From Octopus bimaculoides (taxonomy: Eukaryota), in assembly GCF_001194135.2 (NCBI RefSeq), contig NC_068982.1, positions 153,331,333 to 153,395,332 on the forward strand: a DNA stretch of 64,000 bases, in the 5' to 3' direction. Every line of letters starts with the position of its first letter. Position 1 is the stretch's first letter. The position numbers and the translations under genes were made by a program. Below are positions 24,336 to 38,682 of this stretch, one piece after another. Below the pieces are notes generated by a model, which saw only the letters and a list, made by a program, of their open reading frames with translations, was not told the origin of the DNA and did not search any database.

Positions 24336-26090
24336 TTATTCACCTTCTTCACTCACCAAACTTTCCTTCCTGCTTCTTTCCCCACTTCCATCTATTGTAC
24401 CTCACCTTCTTATATGTATGCATGAATATATATATATAGCAATTGAAGCAACATAAATTAACCTCGCAATCGTGAACTTCGTGCAACGAATAATTTAGTA
24501 CAATAAGCCATTACTCCACCCTTGGCTGCAAACGTTTGACACTATAACGAAAATAAATGGGGGATGACAACAGTATTGTTAAGTGTGATATTGTTACAGT
24601 ATACAATATCTCCTGGAGGTGTGGGTAATTCATTTTGACTTAATATTGTGGGAGCTAAATACGATGTTACCCGTTTTAGTAGCCTACGTATTAAATTTAT
24701 TTTACGATCTGAAACCGGCGGAAATCTACTGGATTCATTTTCTTCTTTGCACGTGCGCTAAAATTATACATATCTCAACGTTCACGCCAACAAATAATCA
24801 GAAATTAGGTAAGAATTTATTAACGTGTCTTAAGAATATTATAGAAGGAAGAATGCGTTGGACAATAAACAAATATGAAAAGAATGTTGACTGTTGTGAA
24901 ACCTGTGATTAGAAGCCTGAACGATGAAGGACTGATTTTGGCGCTTTGCCATCTTGAACTCCTACTATGGAGCTAACGTCTCAGGAAACATATTTGGTGT
25001 CCGATAGCTTTTACTAGAACTGCTTCCTCCGTAAAACTATGTAGGAAACCATGAGAGAAATATTATAGTAAACATATAACTGTCAGTAGAAAATGAAGAA
25101 ATAAGATAGATTTTGAGCAAAGGATTGTCGGAGGGGACTATAAATTTCAGAAATAATATTCTTTCGGATCGTCATACTACAGAAAATTGAGTATTATGCT
25201 ATTAAATTCTCCAAAGAAGGAGCTAAAATGTTTTCTACTTGCGCGTTTACAATTTCAGTTGTTAAACAACATGTACGTATTTTTTTAAGTGGAAGTGATG
25301 TACCACTTCATTTGCAAGAACAACTGGTTGACTGTAACCAATCCTTAGGAACAGAAATTGCTTAAAGCTACGCTAGGTCTTGATTCTTTATGGTGAATTA
25401 ATAGTTATTACTCGGTAAGATTACTTAAGCTTGTGTAAGTATTGCCTAAATGTATGATATGCCTTTAAAATGGAGATGCGCTATAGATACAGCATTCGTT
25501 TACAGTATTCTTAAAGTGACATCTCATACATTTATAAGATTAACAACCATAACAAATGGCTCGCTGTTACTCAAAGTTCCTAACAAACAAGTAATTTCAC
25601 AAATCAAGTGCAACATTATAGCAAATACTTTAAAACGACATATATTACGTTCGAGTTAAGTTATCTATTTTCAAACAACCAGCGTAGCTTGCTTGCTACA
25701 TTAAGTGGTCAATACAAACAAATAGCTTAAGTAATTGAAAACAGCGTTATCGTAGTGGAATACTTTTACTTATTCCTCTTTAAATGTCTCAATGTTATTT
25801 AATTTTCAATATATAAAATGAGACCCTTTTTATAATTGTGAATTTGAATCTATTGATTTTCCAGCGTGTTTCACGAATTTTCTCCTGGGAAGATAGAAAG
25901 AATGTAATATTATTGCAGATTCAGTAATTGATATTCTGCTTTTAGAGATTCTAGAATACAAGCATTCATTTGAATCTAACCATGGACGTACCAAGATTTG
26001 ACATTGTGCATTCCCAGTATGCGGAAATACATCACGAAGGGACAGATATATAACTAATTGTAACTGAGATAAACAGCACAAGCACGCACG

Positions 26091-26200
<110 letters not shown>

Positions 26201-26489
26201 ATTACTCTGCTTCTCTTAAAATACACACTAGTGCATACTGAAACAGATATGCGTATGTGCACCCATCCATTTTTTCCTTATCAAAAATATCTCTACTAAT
26301 TTTGCAGCATCCTATTTTGCTCCAGTTTTCAAGTATGATGTTCAACGGTACATCACTCCCATTGGAAAAGTCATCATATAAGATGCCAGGTTGAAGTAAA
26401 CACACACACTCCTTACACACTAGATATATGTCTAAAATACGTCCGTTGTATTACAGCCGACTAAATACCACATACATATACCCGGCAAG

Positions 26490-26620
26490 TTCCTTGAAAC
26501 CAATAAAGCCATCGATCCTGATAATGTTCCTTCCATTACCTTCGAATAGGGCATGCCAGAACTTAATCGTATTTTCTTTTAACTTGTTAAGTTTGGAGAA
26601 AGATGCACCAACCATGACAT
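26490..26620 (+). mobile_element. LINE RT N-terminal fragment (CR1/L2/Jockey-like)
   Basis: KAIDPDNVPSITFE*GMPELNRIF (cf. KA.GPD.IP..LK.CAPEL). Confidence 0.4.
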
Positions 26621-27063
26621 GTGTTGGTCCTCCAAGGTCTGTTCAGTTTGATATCGTTTTCGTTCCGGTTAAACTCTTGCACGTCATTATCTGTACGAAA
26701 AACATATCCAGAGAGATGATCCCAAATCCCTGATGTTCTGGGCATAAAAGAATGAGTAAAGTGGTCAATTCAGCTCTTGGAGTTACAAGGAAGGCTGAGT
26801 AGCTCTTGGGGTTACAAGGAGAGACGAACAGAAAGTAAGTAACCAGTTACCTCTCACGAAAAGATACCATTATATTAGTTGTAGAAAACAGGAAGATTAT
26901 GAGGTTGGAGTGTCTGAGGAATCTATCTTATATATTAAAAGGCAAATTGTCTGTCTGTGTGTTATCAACCACTTCTACTCCTACAATTTTCAAACGAATT
27001 TCACCAAATTTTACACATGCCTTACTGGACCAGAACAATTTTCAACTTCGAAAGAAATCTGTC

Positions 27064-27105
<42 letters not shown>

Positions 27106-27115
27106 NNNNNNNNNN

Positions 27116-27410
27116 TGAAGAGACCGATGCGAGAGTGGTAGTCTCGTTTGTAGAGGTCACACCTATACGTTCAATCCGGTCTGTTGGCTGTCATTTCTTT
27201 TCTGCGGGCTCGGTTTCCAGCTGCCGCCACCCTCAAATTCTATTCGCCGGTCTGCAGTTGTTTGTGAAGAGTGCCTCTCCAGCTGGTTCGGTCGGCTGCG
27301 AGATCCTCCCAGGAATTGGTGTTGATGCCAAGTGCCTTCATGTCCCTCCTGCACACGTCTCTATACCTCAGCTCCGGGCGGCCAATGTTTCTCTGCATAT
27401 TCCTTATGCA
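27116..27410 (-). mobile_element. RTE-BovB LINE 3' end inserted in the Helitron
   Basis: RNIGRPELRYRDVCRRDMKALGINTNSWEDLAADRTSWR..YRCDLYKRDYHSRIGL. Confidence 0.9.
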
Positions 27411-27873
27411 TTCCAAAACCGAGTTACCGATTTTGACGTATGGGGTATCGCAAGATTCAGTACTATTTCAGCTACAAATGAAATTTCATTGTCATTCACA
27501 TATTTGCATTTCAAAAATTTAACGTTATAATCTTTTCCATAAATCAACTACAGTAAACATTTTATACGACGATGACGTCACATTTTCTATATGTGTGTGT
27601 ACGTTCAAAGAAATAAATCATCACGACACACACCTTCACTCACTCACTCTATCTCTCTTTCTCTCTCTTTCTTACTCTCTCTCACACACGCGCGCGCACG
27701 TATACACACACATACACACACGTCCATTTCATTTCAAGACAAAAGTTTCTAAAGGAGAAGATGAAAGACAGGAATAGCGGGTGACAGCAAAATGTTGATG
27801 TTTCACACCTTATCTATATTCTAAGAGAGAGAGAGAGCGAGTTTGTGTATGTGTATGTGTGTGTGTGTGTGTA

Positions 27874-27915
<42 letters not shown>

Positions 27916-27926
27916 TATGTGTGTGT

Positions 27927-27963
<37 letters not shown>

Positions 27964-29852
27964 TGTGTGCGTCTACGTATGTTTCTTATGCATTCGGAAA
28001 TTGAGTTGCCCCAAGAAATTGAGTTTCACTTTCACTCTTTCACTTTTAATTCTAATGTGATAACATTAAGATCATCTTAATTCTATTATATTTGAAATAA
28101 ATGAATAACTTACATCCTAACTTGAACAACATAACGCATCAGTAACTTGCTGTCTTTCCGGCCACCACAGAAGAATGGTATGTCAGTGTGTGTTCACTGA
28201 CATAACCAACGGCTGGAAGTGAAACTCTTGACAAACAACAATGAGGTGACAGGTCCCAGGTATATAAAAACACACATTTACTGTTCAATTACCAGTTAAT
28301 CGTTATCGCAACAGTTGCAAAGTTCCAAGGTATTTACAGTTACATATTTACCCTTAAATTAACATTCATTACATGTGCTTAGTATATATATATATATATT
28401 ATGAAATTTACTTATAATAATTATTGTGGCATTTACCGTTAAATTAGCAGTTCATACATGTGCTTCTCTTTGGTGAGTTTACACTGCATACAAAAATAAA
28501 AACATACTACATACATACAACTGCTTACAAAAATAGGGATTAAGTGTAAGTTTTTTCTATGTTTATAATTTTTTGTTTACAATATTGAAAAAATATGCCA
28601 CCAAAGAAAAGATGTAATCTCTCCAGAAAGAAGTATAAAGCAAGGAGGATTGTAGAAAACTGAAGGCGAGAGTTGTCTGAAGAGAGAGGCGAGATGAGAT
28701 TTTCTCAAACTTAGCAAAGGGATGCTACAGCACGTCAGACGGGGTCTCAAGAGAGAAGGGAGATGAGACTTTCACAAAATCAGCAAATGCATGCTGCAGC
28801 ACTTAATGCTGGAATTAGTCGAATCAATGTTTTAATGATTAGATAGTGGTCCAATAGAATAGCTTTCAGAAACAGACTACTTACATATTCGTTCTTCACA
28901 ACTCTTGAAGCTGCGTTCAGATATCCATCCCATTCTTATGAAAATGATAACTCTCTCCAAGCTGGTGTGCTAAACACAAATTGTTGTTTCTGTAGAGCTT
29001 TAAAATTTTCAAATGAAACAAATGGCATGTACCGCTCAGGCGGTCAGGTAAGATTGCCAGCACTCTTATGGTTCTTCTAGAAGGCACTTACATCCAGTCA
29101 AAGGTTCTTCTGAACAATATCAGACAATACAACTATGCATTTCAAATGACATCGTTTATTGCATCTAAGAAGATACTTAAACATGAATTTACACCGACGT
29201 CAAAGTTCAAGGGCAAGTCTATTACCTCATTGTTTCTCTGTTACCCAAAAATGAAATCGATAGTTCCTCCAAATTTACTTTATGAGTGATGTAGGACATC
29301 AAACCCGAAAGAGGTGGCAAAATTTCAGACGATGGGTTCTTGTTAAACAAAGCGTAGACTGCTGCAAAGGAGAGTCTATCCACTGAGAGCTTTTCGGTGC
29401 GATCAAAAGTCACATAACCCCAACCCCCAATTTTCCATGACAGGTTAGGGCCTGAAATACTGCAAATGGACGCATAGCAATGGACGAATTAGCTCATCAT
29501 TTACTCCACAAATGCTTTGTTGTCAATACTACACTTTCCCATATCACCTGTTTCAACATAACTGTAATATAATATATATAAATGAATGTATGAATGTGTA
29601 TGTTTCTGTGTGCGTGTTTCCACATTAGATACGTTATTAAACACACATACATCTACACACGCATACACATATGTGTCGATTGATATGCGTAGATGTATGT
29701 CTGTATGTGTCTCTTTTACTATATGCATGTGACAGTATGTGAGACTCTGTGTGTGTATCATCACATTTTGTATATGAATGTGTATGTGTGAGTGTGTGGG
29801 TATCTGCGCGTTCGTAACGTACGATATTAAACACACACACTTCTACACTTAC

Positions 29853-29892
<40 letters not shown>

Positions 29893-30240
29893 CGAGAACG
29901 GCTGGAGGTGAAACTCTTGACAAAAAACAATTCGGTGGAACATTTAAGGTATATAAAAATATACATCTACCGTTCAATTATCAGTTTATAATTAGCGCAG
30001 GAGTTGCAAGGTTGCAAGGTATTTACAATGTGCTTATATTTCGTTAATTTACAATGCATACAAAAATACGGGCATGCTACATACATACAACCGCTTACAA
30101 AACTAGCGATTAATGTGTATTTTTTCTCTGTTCATAATTTGTTTATTACAATATTGAAATCAAATATGCCACCAAAGAAAAAACGTAATCTCTCTAGAAA
30201 CACCTATCAAGCAAGGAGGATTGCAGAAAACCGCAGGCGA

Positions 30241-30580
30241 GAACCTCAAAAGATAAGGGATATGAGACTTTGTCAAGATCAGTAAAGGCATGCTGTAGCA
30301 CGTCGGATAGAGTCTCAAGATAGAAGGGAGATGAGACTTTCTCAAGATCAACAAAGTCATTCTGCGGCACGTCAAATAGTGTCCCAAGAAAGAAGGGAGA
30401 TAAGACTTTCTCAAGATCAGCAAAGGCATGCTAGAGTATGTTTGATAGGGTCTCAAGAGAGAAAGGAGATGAGACGTTCTCAAACTCAGCAAAGGCGTGC
30501 TGCAGCACATCAGATGGAATCACAAGAGAGAAGAGAGATGTGATTTTCCCAAGATCAGTAAAAGCATGCTGAGCACTTAA
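30241..30580 (+). repeat. 69-bp (23-aa) tandem repeat, 5 units, in Helitron N-terminal ORF remnant
   Basis: Units start at 30241, 30310, 30379, 30448 and 30517; consensus ESQERREMRLSQDQQRHAAARQI. Confidence 0.9.
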
Positions 30581-30842
30581 TGCTGTATCATTAAAACGTT
30601 TCGAACGTCAGATTGAACATAGGTCCAATAGAATAGCTCTCAGAAACACATCACGTACAAATTTGTTCTTTACTACTCCTGGAGCTGTTTCAGATATGAT
30701 CCATCCCATTCTTATAAAAATTATAATTCTGTCCAAATCGGTGTGTTAAATTCAAATTGTCGTTGCTGCAAGCTTTAGAATTTACTCCACAAATGTTTTG
30801 TCGTCAATGCTGCACTTTGCCGTATCGCCTGGTTCAGCATAG

Positions 30843-30892
<50 letters not shown>

Positions 30893-32842
30893 AACAATGT
30901 TATTTTAATCCCCAGCAACACCGAGTATCTCTGCTAGTTTAATATATATCTTACGTGTAGCTTTTCTTTGGATGCAATCTAAGATGTTTTTGGTGTAGCA
31001 GAAGCAACTTCACAGATATGCGAGTAATACCGTATTGTGTGTTCAACTGAGCTTTATGAAATAGCGACAATGTTTGAGGGCAGAGCAAGATCAACTCTCA
31101 GTCAAGTAAAGCCATGATGCTGTATTCAGACAGGTTACTAAAAAGCCTAGAAATGAGGAACCAGTCCAACAGGTTGGCTGCATGTTTTGTTAGGAAATTT
31201 GACAGGTAACACGGTTGGAGATTTTGCTGATGTATACAACAATATTATTTCTTCTACCGAACTTTGTAAACATCTAAATAAACGAAACTGTAAATAACTT
31301 AATTTCACAGTGCTCTACGATTGTGTTACTCGCTATACTTATAGTATAACCCACTAAATAATAGTAATATTCTTCGTAACTTACAAAACAAAGCATAAAA
31401 TCTTTAGGCAAGCTTTAGTCAATTAAATCAGTTTTGACATTTGACTGACTTTTACTTATTCCATCGACTTCTGAAAGACGATAAACGAATTCAACATTTT
31501 GGACGTTCAAAAGTCGAACTATAATGTTCGATTCAGTTAATGAAGTATATTATATTTAAACACTAATAACGATAAAAGAGTTTTTATTATGTAATATAAA
31601 GCGATGATATAAAGCTACTTGCATAAAATATCTTTATGGGATAAAGACTACGTATCAGCTCATAACGAATTAATACATGCATAAATCATTGACTCTTTCG
31701 GAAAATAAATTAAGAAATCTCTTGTATTCTACAAAGAAGGAAAGAAAACACAAAGATAAAAAAGGAACAAGGTCAAAAATATTTTTGGTGACTATTAATT
31801 TGAATCAGCATATCAGGGCAAGATTATAGATATAATCAAAGACCATCAGCGAACGTAAACAAAGGGCGGTTCAACACTAGAAGAGATAATTGACACTCAT
31901 CCAATTAATATAATTGTTATTGAACTTCAACACTCTTTTATCATTTCGAAAGCCATTATTTATTTACTAGAGTATCTTCACATACTTTAAAATCATCCAT
32001 AATGCTTCAATGTTTGCTGCTATTCTATATGAAACGTTGTAAACACATCAGTCGCGAAGCAATGATGTGTATGGGAAAGAAACGAAAGAAGAAAAACGAC
32101 AGCAACCACTCTGGGAAAATATTGATATGTATGTGAATATCAGATACGAATGTAGTCTACGAAGTCATTGTATGGAAGTTTTTTCTTTTAATGATGACCT
32201 TCAAAATGTAAGCAAAATGATTTCATAAATAACATGCCGCCAAATCGATAAACTGTTGAAGTTTAGTAATTGTAGAAGTCATTTCAATTCGGGACATGAA
32301 GTATAGGGTATGCCACCTATTTGCCAAGGCAATGAATCAAATACATTGTTTGCTATTTAATAACAGATTTCAAGTCTGAATGTGTGTGTGTGTGTGTATA
32401 ACAAGATGAATATTCTGACATACAGACTACCACGTGGGTCATAATTCTAATGCTTGAGTGAAGAAATTGAGTCCCATTAAAAAAACATTATTCTGAAGAA
32501 TACTTCTCGTTTTCAGAATCTTCAGTCGTGGCTACTGTATCGAACGTAGAAAATAGTAATTGCATTACGCCAGATAGCTACAACGCTTAATTTAACTGAA
32601 TTTACATTTCAAATCATCCATATAAGTAGAAATTTTTCGCATTTACTTTCGAAAGATTAATATGTTACCTTATACGTAGATCATTGGACAAATTATAGAA
32701 ATTAAATTTTCACGACAAAAAAAAAAAATAACATTACATCTTTTGTTAAGTAAATGAACGATATAATGTGAGCATATCCTCTAACTAAAACACGTAGTAT
32801 CTTTAGCGCTAGAGGACAATTTTAGCTTCTAGTGACAAATAC

Positions 32843-32951
32843 CATGCTTTTGTTTTTGTCTTTGCTTTTACTTTGCCAAACATTCTCTCGATAAAAGCAA
32901 CACTTAATTGCTGATCTGGAATATAGCCAACATCTCTCGGCGGATAAGTTA
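32843..32951 (-). CDS. Candidate internal exon of an unidentified minus-strand gene
   Basis: Acceptor TTGTTTCTGTTCAG, donor ATG|GTATTT, 109 bp, two open frames (TYPPRDVGYIPDQQLSVAFIERMFGKVKAKTKTKA or NLSAERCWLYSRSAIKCC..); no family recognised. Confidence 0.25.
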
Positions 32952-34167
32952 CTGAACAGAAACAATTTATCGTAGTCAGTACTATATGTGATCTATCAAG
33001 AGCAAAGTTCGCACGAATGGCTGCACTATAAAATCTAGATACAAACAATATCTTAAACCGTTTTCGACGAATAATTTAGTTGACTGATAAAGCTGTTCTG
33101 CTGGTATCAATTTAAAAATTCTGATCTTTGTCTTAAGCTTGCACACTCCAATAAAATATAAAACAATAATATCATAAAAGGATAATAATTATTTGAATTG
33201 GCGGAAGACTGCACAATTAAATTTTATTAATAAGACCTATCTGTCTTCTACTGTAAATATGTGTGTATAAATTTCCGAAATTTTAAACTTGCTTTTATTT
33301 ATTTATTTATTTATTTATAAAGTAGATTTTGAAACTTTATGTACATTAACATTTGCGTTGTCAGCCTGGTCGCAAACTGTCTTTCGATTAAACTGATACC
33401 AGCACTTGGCTGGTATTATATTTTCTTAACCTTAATGGTGACCTCGGCATGGTGGTATTTGCGCATAAAAAGGCCAGAAACATCAGCATAGAATAATTTT
33501 CTATCCTAGAAAAATTAATCTTACCAATTAATCTTATTTCTAACACTGACATTCGACTAAAAACTTTTACGTCAATGCCTGTCTACTGTTTAGCATCCCA
33601 GTGATAGTTCTCAAATTTGATCAAGTTTTCTCCCATATTTTTTTCTAGTGTTCTAATAGCAACATGATTTTCAGTATAAGTCACTTTCGTTCAGATCGTT
33701 TAGTAACACTTAATTATGTAACTACAATTTCCGAATTCATCACTGTTTGCTTCTTAAGTTGTTTTCTTTTTTCCTAGGGCACCCATTTGATCCAACCTCA
33801 CTATTTAATTCCTCTCATTCATAACTCTTAGAAAACTTTAGTTATGTCTAAATTGTCTTTTAATATTACTGAAACACGATAATCTAAGTCATTATCAAGT
33901 ATTACTTGACCTTTTCCGATTTGACCCAGTTTGTCTCAAGATTTTTTTTTTTTTTTTTCGAATGCACCAGTTTTAATGACTCTTTCAGATTTAGATTTCA
34001 CTCATTGCGATCTCTTATATACGTGTTTCAAAATCAAATATTATGCCGAAATAAGGGAACTATACTACCTACGGGTTTCATATATGCGCTTTTATTCTGT
34101 TTCGACACATTTTCCCGAATTTTTTTTTACCTAACCAATTTTCCATTATATTATTTCATTTTTAAGA

Positions 34168-34381
34168 AGGCGGCAAGTTGGCAGAAACGTTAGCACGCCG
34201 GGCGAAATGCTTAGCGGTATTTCGTCCGTTTTTACGTTCTGAGTTCAAATTCCACCGAGGTCGACTTTGCCTTTCATCCTTTCAGGGTCGATAAAGTACC
34301 AGTTGTGTACTGGGGTCGATTTAATCGACAGGTCCCCCCCCCAAAGTTTCGGGCATTGTTCCTGGAGTAGAAAAGAATATT
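34168..34381 (+). mobile_element. tRNA-derived SINE, family 2 (best-preserved copy)
   Basis: GGCGGCAAGTTGGCAGAAACGTTAGCACGCCGGGCGAAATGCTTAGCGG..GAGTTCAAATTCC (B box)..GGGTCGATAAAGTACCAG..GTAGAAAAGAATATT. Confidence 0.85.
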
Positions 34382-37300
34382 TCATATGTAACAGAGCACT
34401 GGTCCATTCTGCTAACTTAATCGCGTATAATTTGGCAAAGGACTTCAGCCACTAGAAGGCATCGGCCTCATTGTGGATTTTTCGTTCGGAAGAGTCGTAC
34501 CGCTACAGAGATACAGATTTGGTTGAAATGTTTGATGTCATCCTGTACATGCAATCATTGCTGGTTTTTCACTAACTGTGGCTAGTCTCTTTCTTTCTTT
34601 CTTTGTTTCTTTTTTTCTTTCTCTTTCTCTCTCTCTATCTCTCTATCTATCTCTCTCTCTCACGCACACACACTCTCTCTCACGCACACACACTCTCTCT
34701 CACGTACACACACTCTCTCTCACGCACACACACTCTCTCTCTCATCTGAGTTTTGCTCAAAGAGTTCACAACCCGAAACTTTTAAAAACCTTTGGACTGA
34801 TGATGCTTAGTGTGGAATTTGAACACCTTTGTGGCCTTCAAGATGAAGTTTTTCTGTTGGAATCGCATATTATCGAGAATTTATTGGTTGGAACGTGAAG
34901 GAAGTTACTACAAGTTGTGAGTATTGTTAATGTCAACTGATATCCTATAATCTTCATATATAGACAACCATTGAGTCACTTATTTTCTGGATGTGGATAT
35001 GATATTGATTGGACACTGCATTGGCATCTGCATACTGCATTTCTGAAATGGTATCTACTAATATTATACTTCTACAAGAGTAGGCATCGATTGAAGAAAT
35101 CATCATCTTACTTGGTTCTTAATTCTATGCGTAACCGATTTTCATTTTCATCGGTCAGATGGAGACAGCAGAGATATATTAAGAAAGGAGCTGGTGCAGG
35201 AAATTTTCTTGCTTCGTGAAGTTAATCTGTAAGATCGAAGTGAACAATAGATGATTTCAAGAAAGGAGCGGAGCATGACATGGAAAGTCGTGAGAATGAA
35301 AAACTTCCGAAAGTATTTTAAATGGTTTATGAAGCTAAAGCTCTGAGTATATTTGAAAATAGAAAATACATCGCACTAAGTGCTCCTTATTTTCCATGCA
35401 CATTATGGACTGCAATACCAGGTCCAATTCGCTACATAGCTGAGTCTGTATCATGGAATACACATTTGGTTACTGGCAATAGTCGTTCTAATAAAATTAA
35501 ACTCTAGCTGAGATTTCGAAAGCAATTGTGAGGAATGAAATTTCTGCCACGATTAAGGCATCTTAAAAATCAGTTAAAACTTGCTGAATTTCTCAGGCAA
35601 ATGAATATTAATCAAGTGAATACTCATTAATTCCCACCTTTGATTAAATTTCGGCAGGGAAACTGTCTGGCTCTAGAGTTTGGTTGTTATTCATTTTCCT
35701 AATATCTTCAATGAAATTTGGAGGTAATGGAGCACAAGATAAAAAGGAAATTGAGGAGGGTTGAGAGGCGATTAAAAATGTTTTGTCAAACGGCAGATAT
35801 GTCTCCATTTCCAATTTCATACACACATCTATAAATGTATGCATATACACAAACGCGCCCCATCCCCCACACATACAGACAGACAAAAATATATACTAAT
35901 TACTGTCTGTCCATTTTATTTGGCGCTCGTTTTTCATAGTTATTCACATACACATATATATTTATATATACATAGCCAGCATCACAAAAACATACACGAA
36001 CTTTGTTTTACGGTTTCTCCTTCTGCCTTTCTTTCTCTCTTTGGTTTCCTTTCTCTTTGTCTCCCTGTCTCTGAATATACATACATATCTACATACACAT
36101 GATTTATTATTTGCAAATGTTTCGCGATAATATTAAGAAGTAAATCAATCCGCTATTTTTATATACATTTAAATCAATATGTTTTTGTTTATGTTGTAGG
36201 TGTACAGCCTATTTCTTTTCTCGCAATTAATGTTAAAGCCAATAGATGTTAATTCGGGAAAACATAATAACGTATACTTTGACAAACTTAGAATAAAATT
36301 AATTCTCGAAGCTAACAAATAAAACTGCATCGATAAGTCTCAAACACGTTTATACGGGCAATAAAAATAAAGACATATCAAAGATACACGTGAATAGAGA
36401 GGAAGAGACAAAATATGCCAGATATATTAGAGATACACGTGAACTGAGAGGAAGATTTCAATATATGCCAGATATATTGTCGGTAAATTCTGGTGATTCT
36501 CAGACTTGAATTTGAAGTTGAAGACTCACATTTCAGCAACTTGTATTGATGATGCAAAACGGCAAATACATACTTAGCATGAGGGGGTTACTGTATCGGT
36601 ATGTCTAGCATTTTTTACGGAAAGTTAATTTATAACTAATTAACAAAAAGAAATCCATAACTCAACTAGTAGGTGGTGTAAAGCAAGAATCGATAAATGT
36701 ACTTTCCATTTTCCCTGTTTCATCTAATCATATCTTTTCTGTTATCTACCTCCAGTCCCATTTCTCGGTGTTTTTTAACCTTCCAAGTTGTGACCATCCA
36801 ACCGGGGGTTTAACTGGAGATACCATACTGGTTTGATGTAGGCTGTACTAGTACTGTACACAAGACCAGAATACTTCGCATTCCTTTAATAATGAGCTTA
36901 AAATTTTCATGTTTCGCAGTTTTCAAATCAATTTCGTTGTAGCATTCTTGCTATTTTGATTTTTTTTTTGTATATAAGCAACCTTTAAACACATTTCAAC
37001 TCAGTATGCTATCAATACGAGTATTGCGTATGGTTTCTGTATACAGGCAGACAATGAAGAAGAACTACTAAATTAATGAACTTGGCTTATACATAATTCT
37101 CTTTTGAAATCAATGTTTTTAAGTATGTTATTTTATCAGCAAGACAGTTGCTCTCAAATATTTGTTTTTATGAAGTAAATAAACGCAAAATAATACTGCT
37201 CAATCTGGGTGACAGTTTGTTTCAGCATTATCGGATTTAGACTCTCATCATAGACTAGAGCGTTAGATAGTCTAATCCTTTATATTGATAACAATATAAA

Positions 37301-37688
37301 CTTTAATTAATTTACATTCTTTCCTATGATATATCAGAGAATTATTATTTCTTTATTTGATAAACCTTTCCGTCTGCTAAACTAAAACACATTTTTTTAG
37401 TTAGTATTGTCGAACGATGTATATTGCGAAATAAAGTTGGAACAAGTTTATTCTTTTCAAATGAATGCGTCTGCTGCTTGTCGACTAATTTATCTATTTC
37501 TTTGTAATTCTATGTCAATGAATTTATGCGTTTATTTGTTTGTTATAAATGATTGTATGACATTAATAAACGAGAATTAAAATATTTTCACCAGTATTTG
37601 GGAATATTTCAAATGAGTTGCTAGCGGCGATAGGCATTCATAAACGTGCACACGCGTACGCGCACGCGCACGCACACACGTACGCACG

Positions 37689-37743
<55 letters not shown>

Positions 37744-37974
37744 GAGAAAAACAATTAGTTTTAAATCTACTATATATTATAATTATATACATAGTTATAA
37801 CAAGTGATCGGCTTTACGCCTCACCATGCACTACGCAAATTCGATCCTTTGTTATAATTATGTATATAATTACAAAATATTTTGTAAAATTTACCTCTGA
37901 GGTTTTTATTTCCGCACTGGCCACCTGGTAAAATTATTATTGAGTTTAACCTTTTATGATAATATATATATAAT

Positions 37975-38348
37975 ATATGGGTACAGGATGTCACGAACGG
38001 TGGAAATGACATGAAATACGTAAACGAATGAGTTAAATACGTAAATAACGATAAAAAAATGGAAAACAGGGCAAGTAAACACAGAGGAAGTATCTTTCAT
38101 TTGTTGTCGGCTGTTTATCTACTCCTCATTTCTAGCATTCATCGATAATATGAGTCTTCAAAGACAGTTTCTCCCATAAATTCTGAAATAAAATTTAGGA
38201 TTTATGGAGGGTCAAAGTTGGGAACAAAAACATGACAGTGGAGACACACAAGGAATCAATCGAAAACAAACGGGAGGGTCGTTAGACCACAACGAGGGGA
38301 AAATAGTGAATGCTGGGAGAAACATTTTTTAAAAACAGGCAAGACAGA

Positions 38349-38410
<62 letters not shown>

Positions 38411-38480
38411 CAAGTCCGCATTTTTGAAACGCTGTGCAGGAAAAAAAAGATGGTCACGTGAGGAACAGGAAGATGGACGA
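37975..38480. repeat. Unclassified interspersed repeat, tandem copy 1
   Basis: Homologous to 39027-39540, including the internal (GA)n tract. Confidence 0.9.
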
Positions 38481-38649
38481 TGGTCACGAGTGGGCAACGA
38501 GAGACAGACAGACAGATAGAAAACGGTGAAGGAGGGAGTGGAGAAAGGGACTTAGAGAAGGATGGAGGAAGAAAACAGTAGAGAGTAGACAGTCGCAACA
38601 AAAAGATGAAGATAAACTTACTTGGAAATGGATGCGTCGCATTCAATTA

Positions 38650-38682
<33 letters not shown>

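Larger units (their letters stand above)
26922..30937 (+). mobile_element. Non-autonomous Helitron with both ends, internal tandem duplication and RepHel N-terminal remnants
   Basis: 5' A|TCTATCTTATATATTAAAAGGCAAATTGTCTGTCTGTG; 3' degenerate hairpin CCCAGCAACACCGAG then CTAG|T at 30934-30938; internal CFCRALKFSNETNGM..GGQVRLP, NNIRQYNYAFQMTSF, TSKFKGQVYY. Confidence 0.8.

Noticed and set aside
30241-30580. Regularly spaced repeats that could suggest a CRISPR array
   Set aside because: Contiguous in-frame 69-bp coding repeats with no unique spacers, in eukaryotic DNA
34740-35330. Coding-like stretch, possibly an old transposase (VKEVTTSCEYC)
   Set aside because: No diagnostic motif found; cannot assign a family
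37796-37857. 16-bp inverted repeat containing minus-strand ATGGTGA-GGC-GTAAA-GCC-GATC, a hammerhead-like ghost
   Set aside because: Three or more core mismatches and no stem I; too degenerate to call
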